A stretch of 64,000 nucleotides of DNA from Balanoglossus misakiensis (GCA_040954595.2 CM082598.2:5471097-5535096); one strand, 5' to 3'. Positions 24,262 to 38,931 are shown, numbered from the stretch's first letter. A program made the numbers and translations. Notes: generated by a model not told the origin, from the sequence alone.

Positions 24262-27200
24262 GATTGTGAGTAACGCAACTTTTAAGTTGTGCCTATTTGG
24301 AATGGGATGATTATGAAGTGGGATAAGCCAAGTTGATACCAACACCAAAATCTGGACGAAAGGCCAGACCATTTGAATTTCCATCTTTTCTTGGCATTGA
24401 AGCTTGCTGATCACAATAGGAGAGTTGGTGTGTGTGATATTTGAGGTGTTGATATGAACTGGTCATGCGTGCGTGGCACTCTGAAGGAGGATTTCAAAGT
24501 TTTCCAGTGGGTCACTACAAGTACAGAACGCTGTCGCTAGAGGGCGCCCTCCAGTACAGGCAGAAAGTGTGTGTCGAGTTGTCGAGGACGAAGCGTCTAC
24601 TTTTAGTTGACTGCTGTCCCTAGTATATCAGACTACAGTTACCTCTGCATCGGCTATTTCAAATTACAGTTTATATTCTTTCACATCTGCACACTTGTGT
24701 TCAAGTTCATGGGAAATGAAATTTGTATCGAAGTCCAACAATATCTTCCAGATTTCATGCTATTGTACTTGGTGTGACTTTGGCCTTTCTAGTACAACCT
24801 GAATTTGTGAATTTATGTATCGCGTTGAAAGTATGTTGCAACAAAGACCCTGGAGGGAGAGGTCTATAGTTCAAAAGTTCATTTGAGGTGAAATCTGACA
24901 GAACGAAAAGTAGTTCACGTTTGATGAAATTTATCATTTTAATCAAAACATTGAATTTTAGAAACTGCCCGTGCAAGTGCTTTGAAATTTGACTTGGAGG
25001 GGTCTTAGGAATGCATTCCATCAATTTTATTCACCTATAATCTCATAAATTATGTGCAGAGCAGTTTAAGTAGGGTGACCAGGGATTTTTAAATGTCATT
25101 AATGTATTGTATGTCAAAGGTCATTTCAGCGTAAGGGTTTTATAGACACCACCCCTTTTCAACATTAGACTGCGCATCGTCTGTGCCGTTTTTTTTCTTT
25201 GTTTGTTCGTTTGATTTATTTCTCTGATTGAACTTGGTCGGAGAAATTGTGGAAAGGTAAGTAGATCAGTTTGGAGAATATTGGACGTCATTCCATAGCT
25301 GGCTGACGCTTGGCCCTGTATCATAGCGACAGGTGCGCGTTTGGTTACAGTTGTTTGAGATTGTAAGTGTGAGTTTTGTTTTGTTTCAATATGCTACTGA
25401 TTCTACTGCTGCGCTGTGAGCATGGTAATACCAGGATGAAGATCTGCTATGTAAATCACACTTCTATGTCATTAAACAGTTTTACTATCAATATAAACTA
25501 AATCTAACCTCAGGCTTTACTGTTTGAACATATTACCAATATTCTCAACTTGTTGAAAGTTGACACCAATACTATGTGCCACATTTAGTCAGTTCTAGCC
25601 TAGACTAGCCCACTAGTCGCTTGGTGATTTTTAAATCTCAATACTTTTTGTGTTTTCGGTGGTTTTTTTGTCTTGATAAATAATTTCAAAACTTTTTGCG
25701 TGCATGCTTGCATTGAGCGTGTTTTTGGTAGTGAGGTGAGTTTCGAATTTGGGACTGAGCTTGTGGTTATGGGTAGCGTCGTATTGGCCTACGCGTTCCC
25801 TACACATAATGAAGCCCATAGACTTGGAGCAAGTCTAGTTCTAGCGGTGCAATATAGTAAAGTGACTATATATTGTTTAGACATGTATAGTGTAGTAGTA
25901 ACAGAGAATTGTCTTGACCGGTCAGGTCTGTAGCCCCAAAGTGCTTGTACAGGTAATTGCACGCACCTCTGCAATACATTTTGCGTGAATGTGCAAGTTT
26001 TTACATTGTGTCAGGATTTCGATCAGATAACACTATATGGACTGAAAAGTAAATAGGGTCATAAATAACCGTGTTGTTTGTACCAGTACTCCCTATCTCT
26101 CCCATCTTGAGTGAAATCGTAATAAAATTGACAGGTAAAGACATAATAAATAGAGACCTGTAGCGTGACCTATATTACCAGTTTTTAATGCCATGTCCTA
26201 TCTATGAAATACTTTTTATTTTGGCGACTATCCAATCTGATTAAAATTAGATGTAGAGTTAGGCGCCGTCTTTACTTCAGCCAAGACAGAGAACAGAACA
26301 GCCAAAAACTATCACCAGCGCCTATCTCTCTGATGTTTATCAGATTTGCGAGGATCTAAATTCTTCCTGTTCTCTGGAACCATTGACACGTTTGGTTTTT
26401 TAAAAAAAAATAGGATCTCTATAAATTGAATACTGAGGGTTTAAAATAATACTCTAGACATTAAACCGGGCAAGGAAAACGTGGCCATGAATAAATGACA
26501 TATTTTAAGAAATTTTATTTCCACAGCGTGTGGGTGTTGTATTTCCCCTATGCCCCATTCATCATGTTCATGGTATACGTGCCTCCGTATGTGGCTCTAT
26601 ATGTGTGTCTATGTTTAATTTCGCCACTGGAAAAAATTACTGACTCCAACTTTTGTTTTGTCACAGTTGAAAAATAGACACAATGTACAACTGGGCGAGA
26701 TATAGGGCATAACAACAAACACCCTGCGGACCTCCCAGGTGTATTTTCACCAAAATCACGATTATTTCCAGCGATATAGACAAAATTGCACTGGACATTT
26801 AACTTCGATTGTGCGCATGTGCGCCAAAGCTCAAGAACCACACCGACCTAAATTTGATTTGGTTTTCATGCATACCAGTGCAATTTTAATTCACATTCGG
26901 GTAGCGTCCAACTTGCATTTGGATTACAGAATTGGTGTACTATAGTGTGACGTACTTGATTCACAGTGTTATCAATGCCACACGTTATGTATTAAGGATC
27001 GAAGAATTCACGTCACCCGATATTTTCTCTCGCAACTCTCCCGAGATAATGGTAAAACCATCGATGACACACATGCCCACATATTACTGACTTACTACAG
27101 CTAATTAACTGAAACGAACAAAGATAACCGAAACAAGAAAATCAAAGTTTAGCGAAATATCATTACCATATCGATATAGTGTCGTAACATGCGCTTACAA

Positions 27201-27294
27201 GTTCTTTAGCCATTATTTGTGTGCCAATGCACTGCTGGTCGGCCTACAGAGATCTGATGAAAGACTGTGATATTAATGTTTCAGATTGGTAAAC

Positions 27295-30200
27295 ATGGAA
27301 TCGAGAAAACAAACCGTCGAAGATCCCTGTGACGAAGTCGCTTGTGAGTATCATGGAGAAGGCTTCCAAGACGACAAAGATGTCAATGAAAGTGACTTGG
27401 ATGAAAACAATCGCAATCGGATCATCAATAGAGTGAGTGATTGTTATAGCCGACACACATTCTTAAAACTCATGGAGGCATAAATTAATATTAGTTGAAG
27501 TAAAAATGATGTTAACATATGGCGAGAGTTATTTCCACTGTCGTTTGAGGTAATGTTTGCTATGAGTAGTACTACCCAAATGAATGAAGGAAAAGAGTTT
27601 GTTTTTTGGCAATCTGATTAAAATCAGATGTAGGGAACAGCGACGTCTTTTACTCACTCAAACCGTACCGATATATAAAACTGTCGTTTGCTCTACTCTG
27701 TAGGCCTACTCTCCTGTTATTTCGTTTAGTGAATGTTGTCATTTTGTTTACACAGTGTATAGCCATGAAGAATCGTCTACAACAACACCGGCAGCAGTTT
27801 TCGTATCTCATCTATTCCATACTGATTGCATCGTACGCCGCGTACCTACTCTATTCCTGTTACTACAATTTCTACAACGCCCTACCGTTGGTGGTTTGTA
27901 CTGGAATCACGTTGTTGTATTTGCTCTATGTTTTCGTGAGGGACAGAATGGGCGAGTGTATTCATGAGAAATGCTTGTCGCCTATTGGACAACTGGTCGA
28001 CAAGCACTGGAGGATTTTGAAATGGTCAGTGATTGGTGATTAATTTGCATGCTGGGTATTTACTGAGAATTTAGCAACAATTACTACACAACAAACTTTC
28101 TTATTTACTTGTTAATAGGGTTGTAAATTTGTTCCTAAATTTATCATGTTAGTTGTGAACATTAATTGTCTCGGCATCAACATATACCAAATTTATAATG
28201 GAAGTTAATGTATCACCTCGCAAGTGCTAAGGGTCAACTCACATTATAATACTTGCATTCTGGGTAAAAGATCGACAACTTCACTGTAGTAGGAGTGTGA
28301 AGAAATGATAGTGGGTTCCTCTGGTCAAACATTTCTGTCTTTGTAGTTAGCATATGAAACACATTCAACTTTTTTTACGTTTTGTTATTTTTTTCTGTTA
28401 CAAAGTTTCATGATGACCCGGTATCACTTTAGCTATGAACTTCTATTTCTGAAACATAGCAAAAATCGGCCATCTTGAAATTATGTCGACCATGTGAGAT
28501 TTTCATCACTCACCTAGGTAGCAAAAACCTATTAAAAGTAGGGAGAAATATCAGTGCTCCCCCCCCCCCCGTATAAACATGACGCATCACTACAAGAAGA
28601 AACACCACACTGCGTTATCCATTCTCCGTACAGAGATTGTAACTAACCTAGCTGGGGGAACTAGCCGCATAGCAGTCAGTCTGACCCCCTAGCTAGATTA
28701 GAATTATCCACTCTACAATCTCTGTACAGAGAATGTGCATACATGTACATTGTATATCCTAATTTTCGCGTTTTTCATTTCCCAGGTTAATCTGCATAAT
28801 TGTGTTTGGTGGTTTGTTGACATTCCTCATTCTGGACATGCGCCACTCAGCCAGACAGTTCATATCAGCCGTTGGATTTTTAGTGATAATTCTGCTCTGT
28901 TTTCTCTTCTCCAAGAATCACAGGAAAGTAAGTTCTACATACAAAGCTAACAATGCGCTACTTTCTCGACTACACTTACTATGCGTTGAAAGACACCGTT
29001 TATGTTATTTTACATGGGGATATGTAGTGAATCAACATTCAACGACACACAACTTCCATCCCGTTTGTAGGATATTAGAGTAAAATCTCGCCAAAATGAA
29101 TAAATGGTAGAGACTGATTATTAATTTTGGCGATTTTTTTTCACTCTCGTGTCTACAAGTGGGATGGAAGTTGTGTGTGGTTGAACGTTGATTCACTATG
29201 TAGAATAACATAAACGGTGTCTTGTATCAAACATAATTAATGTAAAAGGGCAGCGAGTGAGAGACTTTGTCTCTTTAAACATAACACATAGCTCAGCCAA
29301 ACGAAATTAAATGTCATGGTCAAATAAAATAGTATGCTAAACTTTGAGATAAATGAGTCTGTTCACCCATAGAAAAACCAATAGTGGGGAAAATATATAT
29401 AGACAAAATTCGCGGCCTTGTTTTTTTGTGTTTAAAAGAAGCACATGGACTCCTGAGCCTTAGCAGATTTTCATTATACTTTCAAAGGAGAATAAAAAAC
29501 TCCACAATTAAAAGAAATGACACAACTTTCACCGAACTTACATAATTAATTAAAGGGACAAAGTCTCTCTCTCGCTGCCCCTTTTCCATTAATTATGTTT
29601 GATACAAGACACTGTTTATGTTTATGTACATGTGGATATATAGTGAATCAATGATCAACCACAAAATACTTTCATCCCACTTGTATGATATGAGAGTAAA
29701 AACTCGCCCAAAATGAATAAATGGTAAAGAACGATTATTCATTTTGGCGAGTTTTTTCACTCTCCTGTCTATAAGAGGGATGGAAGTTGTGTGTGGTTGA
29801 ACGTTCATTCACTATACATCCACATGTAGAATAACAAACAGTGTCTTGTATCAAATATAATTAATGGAAAAAAGGGCAGCGAGAGAGAGACGTTGTCCCT
29901 TTAAGCATCTGAAGCTTTATGACATCGCATTTAAAGTATTTCATTATAACATCCATCTTGCTGTTTATTTGTAGGTTCGTTGGCGACCGGTGCTTTGGGG
30001 TGCCTTTCTACAATTTCTTCTTGGTCTATTCATCCTACGAACTTCTGCAGGCTTTGCTTTGTTTCGATGGCTGGGAGAAGTTATTGCCTATTTTTTCTCA
30101 TTCGCAAATTATGGATCAAAATTTGTATTCGGAGAAAAATATGAATACCATTATTTTGCTTTTAAGGTAAATTCACATATATATCATTTACTTTAATCCT

Positions 30201-33200
30201 GAATTTTCTTCAATTGGGTATTTTATTTGTTCAAATAGTCCAACGCATTTTAACAGCGATAGTCGAGATATTTCGTGAACTTTGAAATTAGTAACTAATT
30301 ACCCTTTTATTTCCGTAGTTACTACCTGTGATCATCTACTTCAGTTGTGTGATCAATATTCTACATTATCTCGGTGCGATCCGATTCTGTATCGGTAAAC
30401 TAGCTTGGATCCTTCACAAAACCATGCGGACATCAGCTGTAGAGTCTTTCGCTGCTGCAGGAAATATATTCATCGGTCAGGTAAGAAACTACCTCTGTGT
30501 ACAGGTCTGTGTGTTCCCGGCGTTGTGGTGGAGGCCGTGTAACGCCCGGAACACACAGACCTGTGCGCAGAGCTAATAAGAAACTTGGTATTTGGGTGGT
30601 TAGGAACGTCTCAGTATAGTCGTATTTTATCGACCTCGTGATTGATTTGTTTGGTGCATGTTTTCGTATACATTAAATCGTGACTTTTTTATCAATCTTG
30701 TATTGTTCACCTTTTGGTCAATGTTTATATACCATTTTGTTTTTGAGCGTCAAAACTTTGGTGAAGATAACAGGCATGACACATCAACAGGGGCAGGTCA
30801 TTCGCGTGCAAGTTCAATGTGCAATGCAAAGCAGGCTGTCATTTTGGCAAAGTCATTAACATTCAGGAGATATGACATGACTACATCTTCTGTCTTATCT
30901 TACAGACCGAGACTCTATTCTTTATACGACCTTTCCTTGATACGATGACAATTTCTGAACTCCACGCAGTAATAACCGGGGGATTCGCAACTATGTCAGG
31001 CGACGCCCCCGGTGTATATGCAAGCATCGGTATCGACCCCATGCATATCATAACCGCATCTGTAATGTCTGCACCGGCGGCGCTTGGAATCTCAAAACTA
31101 CTCTATCCGGAAGAAGAGAGCTCGAAATACATCACCAGCAAAGATGTGGATGAAAATATATCAAAAGAGTAAGGAATATATCACCATATTCTCAAATGTG
31201 CCAATAATGAGGGAGGCCATCCCCGATATCACAAAGTTATACGCGGTGGTTCAAAATTCAACCCGTAATTTCAATATGTGTAATTATGAAATTGGACTGA
31301 ACAGAATGCATAGAATCCGAAATAATTAGCATAAAAGCGGGAAAATACATTGCAATTGAACGATTTCACATGTGAGATCTTTCTGCCATCTTACTTTGAC
31401 AAAGTCTTCTAAAAATGATACCCGACCTACCCTAATTTTAGCCCGCTGACCCTAAACTTTTTAGAGCTTCGTAAACCGGAACTCAAAATAACGATGTCAT
31501 ATATACAAATTTCTTCTACACTACGGCGGCCAAAGATAAAAAAAATTGCGAAATAAAAACAACTTCCCGACCACCTACCCTATTTTTGAACACCATGTAA
31601 TCTGAACAGCACATATTATTTTATGGCCTTATAAAGTATATTAATTAATTCATAATTTGTTAATCGGACTACCCTCGGCTAGGTCCTTCTTACAAAGTGT
31701 ACAAAAATAAATTATTTGAAAACAAGTCAAGTACTTTAAGTAGTTATATGAAGGTCATAAATAATTTCTGCAAATAGCTAGTATTAAATGTTATCTCTCC
31801 TGTCGTTTACCAGCAAAGAAAGAAATATTCTCGAAGCTGCGTCTAATGGAGCATCGGTGGCAGCCACTTCTGTAGCCATGATAGCAGCGAATCTCATCGC
31901 TTTCATTTCACTTCTGGAATTTGTCAACGCTGCTTTGGCGTGGTTTGGATCAATGGTTGGACTTCATGAACTGACTTTTCAGGTGACGTCATGTTGTCAA
32001 TACGCTACATGTATTTCAATTCTGCTATACCTTAAATAGCGTTTTGCTGCCTAGGTGAGTGATAAAAATCTCACACGGTCGACACAATATGGCCGATTTT
32101 TGCTATGTTTAAGAAATGGGAGTTCATAAGCTAAAGTGATATTCTGTCATTCTGTCCATACGTTGACTTGTAATGTTATTAATCTTATTCTATAATCCTA
32201 CAGTTAATCTGTTCCTATGTGTTCATGCCGGTGGCTTTTTTAATCGGCGTGGAGTGGGACGACTGCCAATTGGTTGGCGAGTTAATGGGACTCAAGTTTT
32301 TCATCAATGAATTTGTTGCTTACGTCCGATTGGCCGAGATCATGGAGAATAGCAAGATTGGTCAGCAACCAACGATTTCTGTAAGTTTGCTGAGTTAACT
32401 GTCCTGTAAAGGCCCATAGCAACGGGCAAAATGATACGGGTGTCTCAACTTAACCCCCTAAAACAAACATACACAACCGAACGCGATGGTATGTGGTAAA
32501 ATTAAAAGAATCGTACGTCGCATGAGGGCAATTACTTTGTTTCTTAAAATGAGACAAAGTTTAAAATATGTTTTAATGAATGTTGAGTTTTATTTCATTA
32601 TTTTCGCCTGTGAGTGATGCCGGTTAACCAAAAAATCGTGCACTTTGGGTACGTTAAAAGCATGAAACTTGGTACAGTTGACTCATGGCGGACATTTTCC
32701 AATATGAATTCCAAATGAAAGCGCCCTCTATGTCAAATTGATATTCGCGTTCGTTTAGAAAAGCTCAGGTAACTCAGATACGGTCACTTGTTTTCAGGCT
32801 CGTTCCAGTGTGATATCCATCTACATTTTGTGTGGATTTGACAACATAGGAAGCATGGGCGTTATGTTGTCTTGTTTGGCATCACTGATTCCGAACAGAA
32901 AAACTGAAGTGGCCAAAATCATTAAGCGGGCGTTGCTTGCTGGTTCTCTCACGTGTCTGTCTACAGCATGCATAGCGGGTAAGTAAGTACTATGGATATA
33001 GAATATCACTAGGACTCACTTTTTACACTCGATTCTATTTATATTTTGCATAATTTACGAAAATTGCATTTTATACCGATACTAGAATTTTACTTCCTAT
33101 CTAAAATTTGAACTTATATTATTCAAGCATTGACCATAAGATTGAAAACAGGGAGTGTTTTGTACAAACTAACAAACTTTTGAAAGAGATACCAAGTTTT

Positions 33201-33574
33201 AGAACCTGTCTCCAGTTCTCAATATGAATTGATATAATACCCAAAATATTTTTAATCCGCAAATCAATTAAATTTCTTGGTTTTAGTAAATTAAACCGCG
33301 TTGTAAAGTGTCCATTTTAGGGGGATACATGTTGAATTTGACGAGAAGTGGGCATTGTGGAAAATGATGCAAAAGTATGATGCATCGCAGCTTAAATTGT
33401 GAGGCAGTCCACATTTAATAGAGTAATTTGAATTTTTTTTACGTCACATGTTGTTTAGTGTGCTGCGTTTCAACAATAACACTGGCTTTGGTCATAAGCC
33501 AAATCAAGATAATATTTTGCGTATTTTATATTTCTTCTAATGTAGGTTTGCTATATAAAGAAATGGACGGCTGA
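27295..33574 (+). CDS. SLC28A3: SLC28/CNT family concentrative nucleoside transporter (SLC28A3-like), 10 coding exons, about 573 aa
   Basis: Exons 27295-27432, 27756-28024, 28786-28927, 29975-30166, 30319-30480, 30906-31168, 31814-31982, 32204-32380, 32798-32978, 33546-33574 total 1722 nt in frame. CNT motifs: WRPVLWG, FAFKLLPVIIYFS, AAGNIFIGQTE, ASVMSAPAAL, NEFVAY, LCGFxN. The family is secure. Orthology to SLC28A3 specifically and the exact start codon are not. Confidence 0.9.
28620..28735. repeat. Short palindromic element CATTCTCCGTACAGAGATTGTA...TACAATCTCTGTACAGAGAATG
   Basis: Second copy at about 41372-41481. Confidence 0.75.
29550..29904. mobile_element. MITE family A copy
   Basis: TTAA-flanked foldback in an SLC28 intron. 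Confidence 0.9.
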
Positions 33575-34932
33575 CTGTGAGATACATCACGATCGGATGA
33601 CCACTCTTTTGTTCTCTTGGGATATTATCTATGCGCATGCTTGGTTCGGCCATCTTTCTCTGTAAATTTCTGCGCTGCGTTCGACCTTACGGTTGTGGTT
33701 TCATTTCTACCTCGAACACGGTTTCGTTGACAAGTTTCATTTTTTTCGACAAACAAAATCAGAACCTCATTGAAGTACCTTGCTGACGTACAATCGTAAA
33801 TTTCTACCAATGGAATAAATTAACGTTTCGAGAAAAAAATGACAGAAATCGTTACTTACAGTATCTGTATGTGCATTCGCAATGGGGCAGCTTGTCGGCC
33901 AGGAGAAAAGACCCCCTCGATTTTCGTCAAGCCACGGTCCACGAGCCTTGGTTTATGTACATTATTTTAAATGAGGTTACCAACATCTTGGAAAATCCAG
34001 TCCATAACGTCACAGTCTTGACCTTCACTTTCACGTCTTGGTTTTCGGAAATTGCTCTGGGCAATGAGTAGGTCGTTCTCCAACTTCCCGTCACGACTTT
34101 CAGCCACGATGTTTGTACGTCAAAGATCGAGTCGCGAATGCCGTAAGTGGCATCTCATTGACCACTGACAAACGAACAGGTTGACAACTATCCAATCAAA
34201 ATGTGTCAGTCGCCAGGTGCTTTTTGTGAGAAGCTTGTGATTGGTTGATGTGATTGAGAAGTTGTTTATCATACCATGATCACAGATGTTGTAATTGAAA
34301 CTCGTGTGTAGTCGATCATGATAACACAGAGAGGTAGTTGGATGTACTTCTTTGTACAGGCGTCATACTTTCGGAAATTGGTTTTGAATGTGTAATCTAA
34401 CACGTACAACGCATTCTTCATTGCGTCTAGAAATCGGCAACATTGTCGCGTGACTTTACAAGGAAATTCTCCCCGGGAAACGACACTGGTTTCTTCTAAG
34501 CTAAGCTTCAAAAGTGTGATACGAAGTGGTAATGTCAGACAAGAAGGTCTATTTAGCAGTTTGACATTTGACTCCAGAAGTAAATAATACTCGCCAGAAA
34601 AACCAAATGTATTGAATGGAAAGGTTATATATACCCTTTGTCTGAAAAGTGGACAATGATATTGTGTTTTTTTCGGAGCTGTTCTTGAAGAGGAAGAAAA
34701 TATGAGTATGCAATGGTGTAAATAAGCAACTGCTTGTGCCGGCCTAACGTGTACTGGCTTTGTAAAAATCACATCAATGATTTCACAGACAAATGACGTC
34801 TTTATTGACTGAACTTTCGAGAGAGGATTCTGTCCTTTCCATCCAGTCCACGTTTATTGTGTGACCAAATTGTTCCAAATACATGTGGTTACAGTTTACC
34901 TGTTACCTCATGATAAATAAATTAAGAGACTC

Positions 34933-35020
34933 ACAACAACACCAACAACAACAACAACAACAATGATGATAATAATAACAATAATAATATATATAATAAA
35001 TAATAATAACAGCAACAAAA
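34933..35020. repeat. (CAA)n/(TAA)n microsatellite downstream of the TGF-beta-like stop codon
   Basis: Read directly from the sequence. Confidence 0.85.
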
Positions 35021-35158
35021 TGAGTAAAAACTAAAAGAATGGGATACATTGAAATATTCAACATATCTATTAAAGTAGATTGTAGTTTTTTCTTAAGATA
35101 TCCCGGATGTTCCAAGGTGACCTTGTGTACCATGGCTCGGTCCGCTTCAGTGTACACT

Positions 35159-37615
35159 CTAAATATTGGATGAACACTCACATTCCTTGACAAGAAACCC
35201 TCGCAACTGTGCCCTGGTCATTTCGCCATTGCTGTTGCGATAATGGATCCATAAATTGTCGGTGGCCGACGGCACACATCCCTCGCACACCCCCTCCGGG
35301 TAACTCGTTCCTCGGGCCCGCAGCACTAATTTGTAGAATTTCTCTGCGTTTGTCGGTCGTCGGTTACACTCGCCCGCGCAGTAATGCGTGGTGATAGTCC
35401 TCGGGTGGCGAACACTGCTCCAGTCGATTCCACCCATATTTGAGAGTTCCGACGTTTTAATAGTCAGTGGTACTTTCCGACAGGGAGTATTGTTCGATGT
35501 CGTGTCTCGAACGCTACGACGCTTGACTTTGTTTTCTTTGAATGTTATATCCAGCATCGGATACTGTCAAGGAGAGAAGCAGAGAAGCAGAAAAGATAAA
35601 GTAATTTCCACAATATAATTAAATAATATAATCACATTTTACTAAATTCATTATTATCAACTGTCTTTCACTTATCGCAGCAGTTGGTATCAAACATTGG
35701 TTATCAGGAGATGCAACGCGCATGCTCAATGACACCATTTGTGATCGAAGACTGAGTCACCGTAGAGTGATGGATGGATTATGCTTACCAAAGTTCTTTT
35801 AATTTTCCTCAAATCTGTTTCAAATAACGTTTTCCCGTCACTGTCCTGCACAGTTATCCGGAGCAACAATCCAGTCTTCAAACGCGTCATATTATTTTGA
35901 AGCATGGCGGTCGTCATATCCAATCGCAACCACCTGTTACGCAAAGTATCCTGGGTAATCTTCGATTGAAGTAGAGATACTTCAAGAAGACCATTTGTAG
36001 TTTGGATGACGTCATTGACTACAACTTTGGACGCGCGGTGACGTAGAGTCTTTGATATGTACACTTTGAGAGTGACCGATTCGACTGGAACATTTCCGGC
36101 AAAGTCACTAATGTTGAAGACGCACAATCTCCCCAACGGTTTTGAAGCTATAAATGAAGAAAATCATTGCAAAGAAAATTGAAAACGATTCTTGGAAAAG
36201 TTAGTAAGAATGACGTCATTCCAGTTTCGTATTCTCTATACCAAGATGACGTCGATCTATATTCAGAAAAATGCCAAACCATGTTGAAAACAACACTCTT
36301 TAATTCTGCGGAATCATTGAGCCAAATATCAGTGCGCAGTGACACTAACCTGGTTTCGTATGTTACACTGGTTTGCAATTGGATGAAGGTCAAGTAGATC
36401 ATAGACCCTAGAGAAACAGGTTTATCTACTAAGGGTCTGTGAGTAGGTCTAGTACATGTATTCAAAATAGAGTCACGACGACAGAGTCATTCAAGGTCAA
36501 CGGATACCAACAGAATGTGCCTAAAATTGATCCTATACCGTAAAATTTTCCATTTTTATATTTGCAGTTCAACTTGTGCCACAGAAACATATTGTATTCT
36601 AAGTCTATATTTTTAAAAATAGGTTTCCAAGAAAAAGTCGGTACGGCGTCACAAAAAGTTCACTTTTCATCGCTTAGAGAACGGCTCCGATAAACCATGT
36701 CCCTCCATTCATGAGTATTGAGACAGTGGATAAACGTAAACTAATATTTTGAAGGATATTAGAATATTATCGAATTTTACGCCGTATTAATGTAGCGGGC
36801 CTATTGTGAAATCGCGTCAAACGGGATATTCAATCACGACACCGTTACAAATCATTGGTATTCTATTGGTGTGTGGGGGCAAAGGTTGGCATGTTAACAG
36901 CTTTAACTATTTGCATAGTATTCAGATGCGAGAACGTCAGATTCCAAACAGGTGTCGTTTACATAACCTCGACTTAGTTTCACCATGCGGAAGTTTAACG
37001 CCGTGTACAATAAAACAACAAAATCGCTTATAAAATAGAATTTACTATCAGAATATTTGCAGGTAAGGTGTCAAGTTTAAAACTGGTTCATATGCATCTT
37101 ATAATCACTAAATACGAGTAATCAATGATGATTTCTTTTAAAGGCAAACAAACTTATAGCAGGAAAAACATGTCAAATTCCGGGTTATTTGTGATAAATG
37201 TTTTCACATCTAATGATCTATACGTACTTCAAACAATGTCAGTGATGGATTCAGCCTTACCCATTGTCGCTCGTTGTATAATTCGCGATGGAGTTATACG
37301 CTCAGAACGTTTAATTTCATCTTCGGGTCTTTCCGCTGCGCGTGCCAGTGTGTCGCGCAATGCACCTGTGTCTGCGTCTCTCAGAAGCTTGTTCAGTAAG
37401 CTGTCTGTAGAGTGGTATGTTTTGTCAGTCGCCCCTGCCTGTCCGTCGGCCCCTAGAGTGTATCCGTTTGACTTGTGTCCGGCTACAGGCGCTGCAACCG
37501 CGTTGTCGTGCTTTACGAGATGGTGGACACGGGTGTCACTTCGGGTTATAACTATGAGCATGTAAAAGAGTGGTAGGCCTACAGAAACCACTCGTTCTCT
37601 GGAAGGACATCGCAT
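35159..37615 (-). CDS. Divergent TGF-beta superfamily ligand precursor, about 372 aa
   Basis: Exons 37615-37261, 36147-35789, 35563-35159 total 1119 nt in frame. Hydrophobic N-terminus; prodomain-like segment (VFNIS...LKVY...WLRLDMTTAM); furin site KRRSVR; cystine-knot cysteines C, CAGEC, CEGC, CEC. Exon 1 is the least certain. Confidence 0.85.
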
Positions 37616-38589
37616 CTTTTCGTGTAAATTCAAATCGATGAGTGTATAAATGACAAGTCTCTCAGCGAAGTAATGAATGGTTGAAGAACGGAGAAACTTG
37701 CCGATTTATAATAAACTAGGTAGAACCAAATGCAATAAAAGTTCACTCGTCAAATAGGTCCATTCAGGAACTAAAAAAAATTGGTTCCGTCCTACCAGGA
37801 AACGGCAGCGCACGGACAGTCATTGTCAAAACACCGTAATCGTGCGCCCACTTCAAATTAATTTTAGAAGCCATGTACTGCCTGGAAATTTGCAGGCCAT
37901 TGAGAAATTGATATGCGTAATTTTTTTATCAAACATTATAAATTTTATTGGACAGAGAAATATTGATCGATACATGAAGTGTGTACAGAAAAATCATATT
38001 GGTAGCCTAAGAGTGTCTTAAAGATTAATCACGTACGGCTAGTATAAAAAATCAGTAAAAACGTACAATGCGCGCGCCCGAAAAGCAAATATACGTGAAC
38101 GATCTGTTGTAAAACATGTCTGCAGTCACGTGTCATACAAGACAGCAATCTATTCCAATAAAGTGAAGTTTTCTTATTTCTATTGAGTTTATCGAGTCTC
38201 TGCGTGAACATTAAAAATTTATAAAATACATTGAAGCACGTGTTTAAAATTCTTGATGTTGTTTTTGTAGTTTAGCCGACAGGACAAAAATAGTAATTTG
38301 TGATTGCGATAACGATCCGAACAAATAACATTTCATAATGAAGCGCCTTATATCCTAACATAACAGTGCTTTGATTTATAAGCGAACATCTAGTTAAAAA
38401 CGTACGTTTAAAGCAATATTAACACATCGTTAGGTAAAATATTATGAATTATTTTGCAATTAAACTCATCAAACTTTCTATCATTTAACACTTACATTGT
38501 CTGGTTGAACCATGCATTTAGTTCATTGTAGCGTGGTGAGATTATCGAAATAACGATCCCAAATATGTTCACTTTTCAAACAAGACAGT

Positions 38590-38931
38590 TTAAAGGGGCT
38601 GCCCTTTTCCCCATTAACTATGTTTGATACAAGATACCATTTATGTTATTCTACATGTGGATATATAGTGAATCAATGTTCAACCACACACAACTTCCAT
38701 CCCGCTTGTAGACATGAGCGTGAAAAACTCGCCAAAATGAATAATCGGTCTCTACCATTTATTCATTTTGGCGAGATTTTACTCTCATATCCTACAAACG
38801 GGATGGAAGGTGTGTGTGGTCGAACGTTGATTCACTACATATCTACATGTAAAATAATATAAACGGTGTCTTGTATCAAACATAATTACTGGAAAAGGGG
38901 CAGCGAGAGAGAGAGAGACTTTGTCCTTTTA
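38590..38931. mobile_element. MITE family A copy
   Basis: Family A foldback with a small deletion in the left arm. Confidence 0.88.

Noticed and set aside
34269-34772. 167-aa ORF here, and the 172-aa ORF at 40826-41344
   Set aside because: No recognisable domain or splice context; the second overlaps MITE family J.
36350-36407. Possible 58-nt extra exon of the TGF-beta-like gene (and ORF 36148-36465)
   Set aside because: AG/GT ends exist, but inclusion breaks the phase-1 join between 37261 and 36147.
38620-38862. Recurrent ORFs [25 protein letters not shown] that look like a small protein family
   Set aside because: All are translations of the palindromic MITE family A, with frames broken at random between copies.
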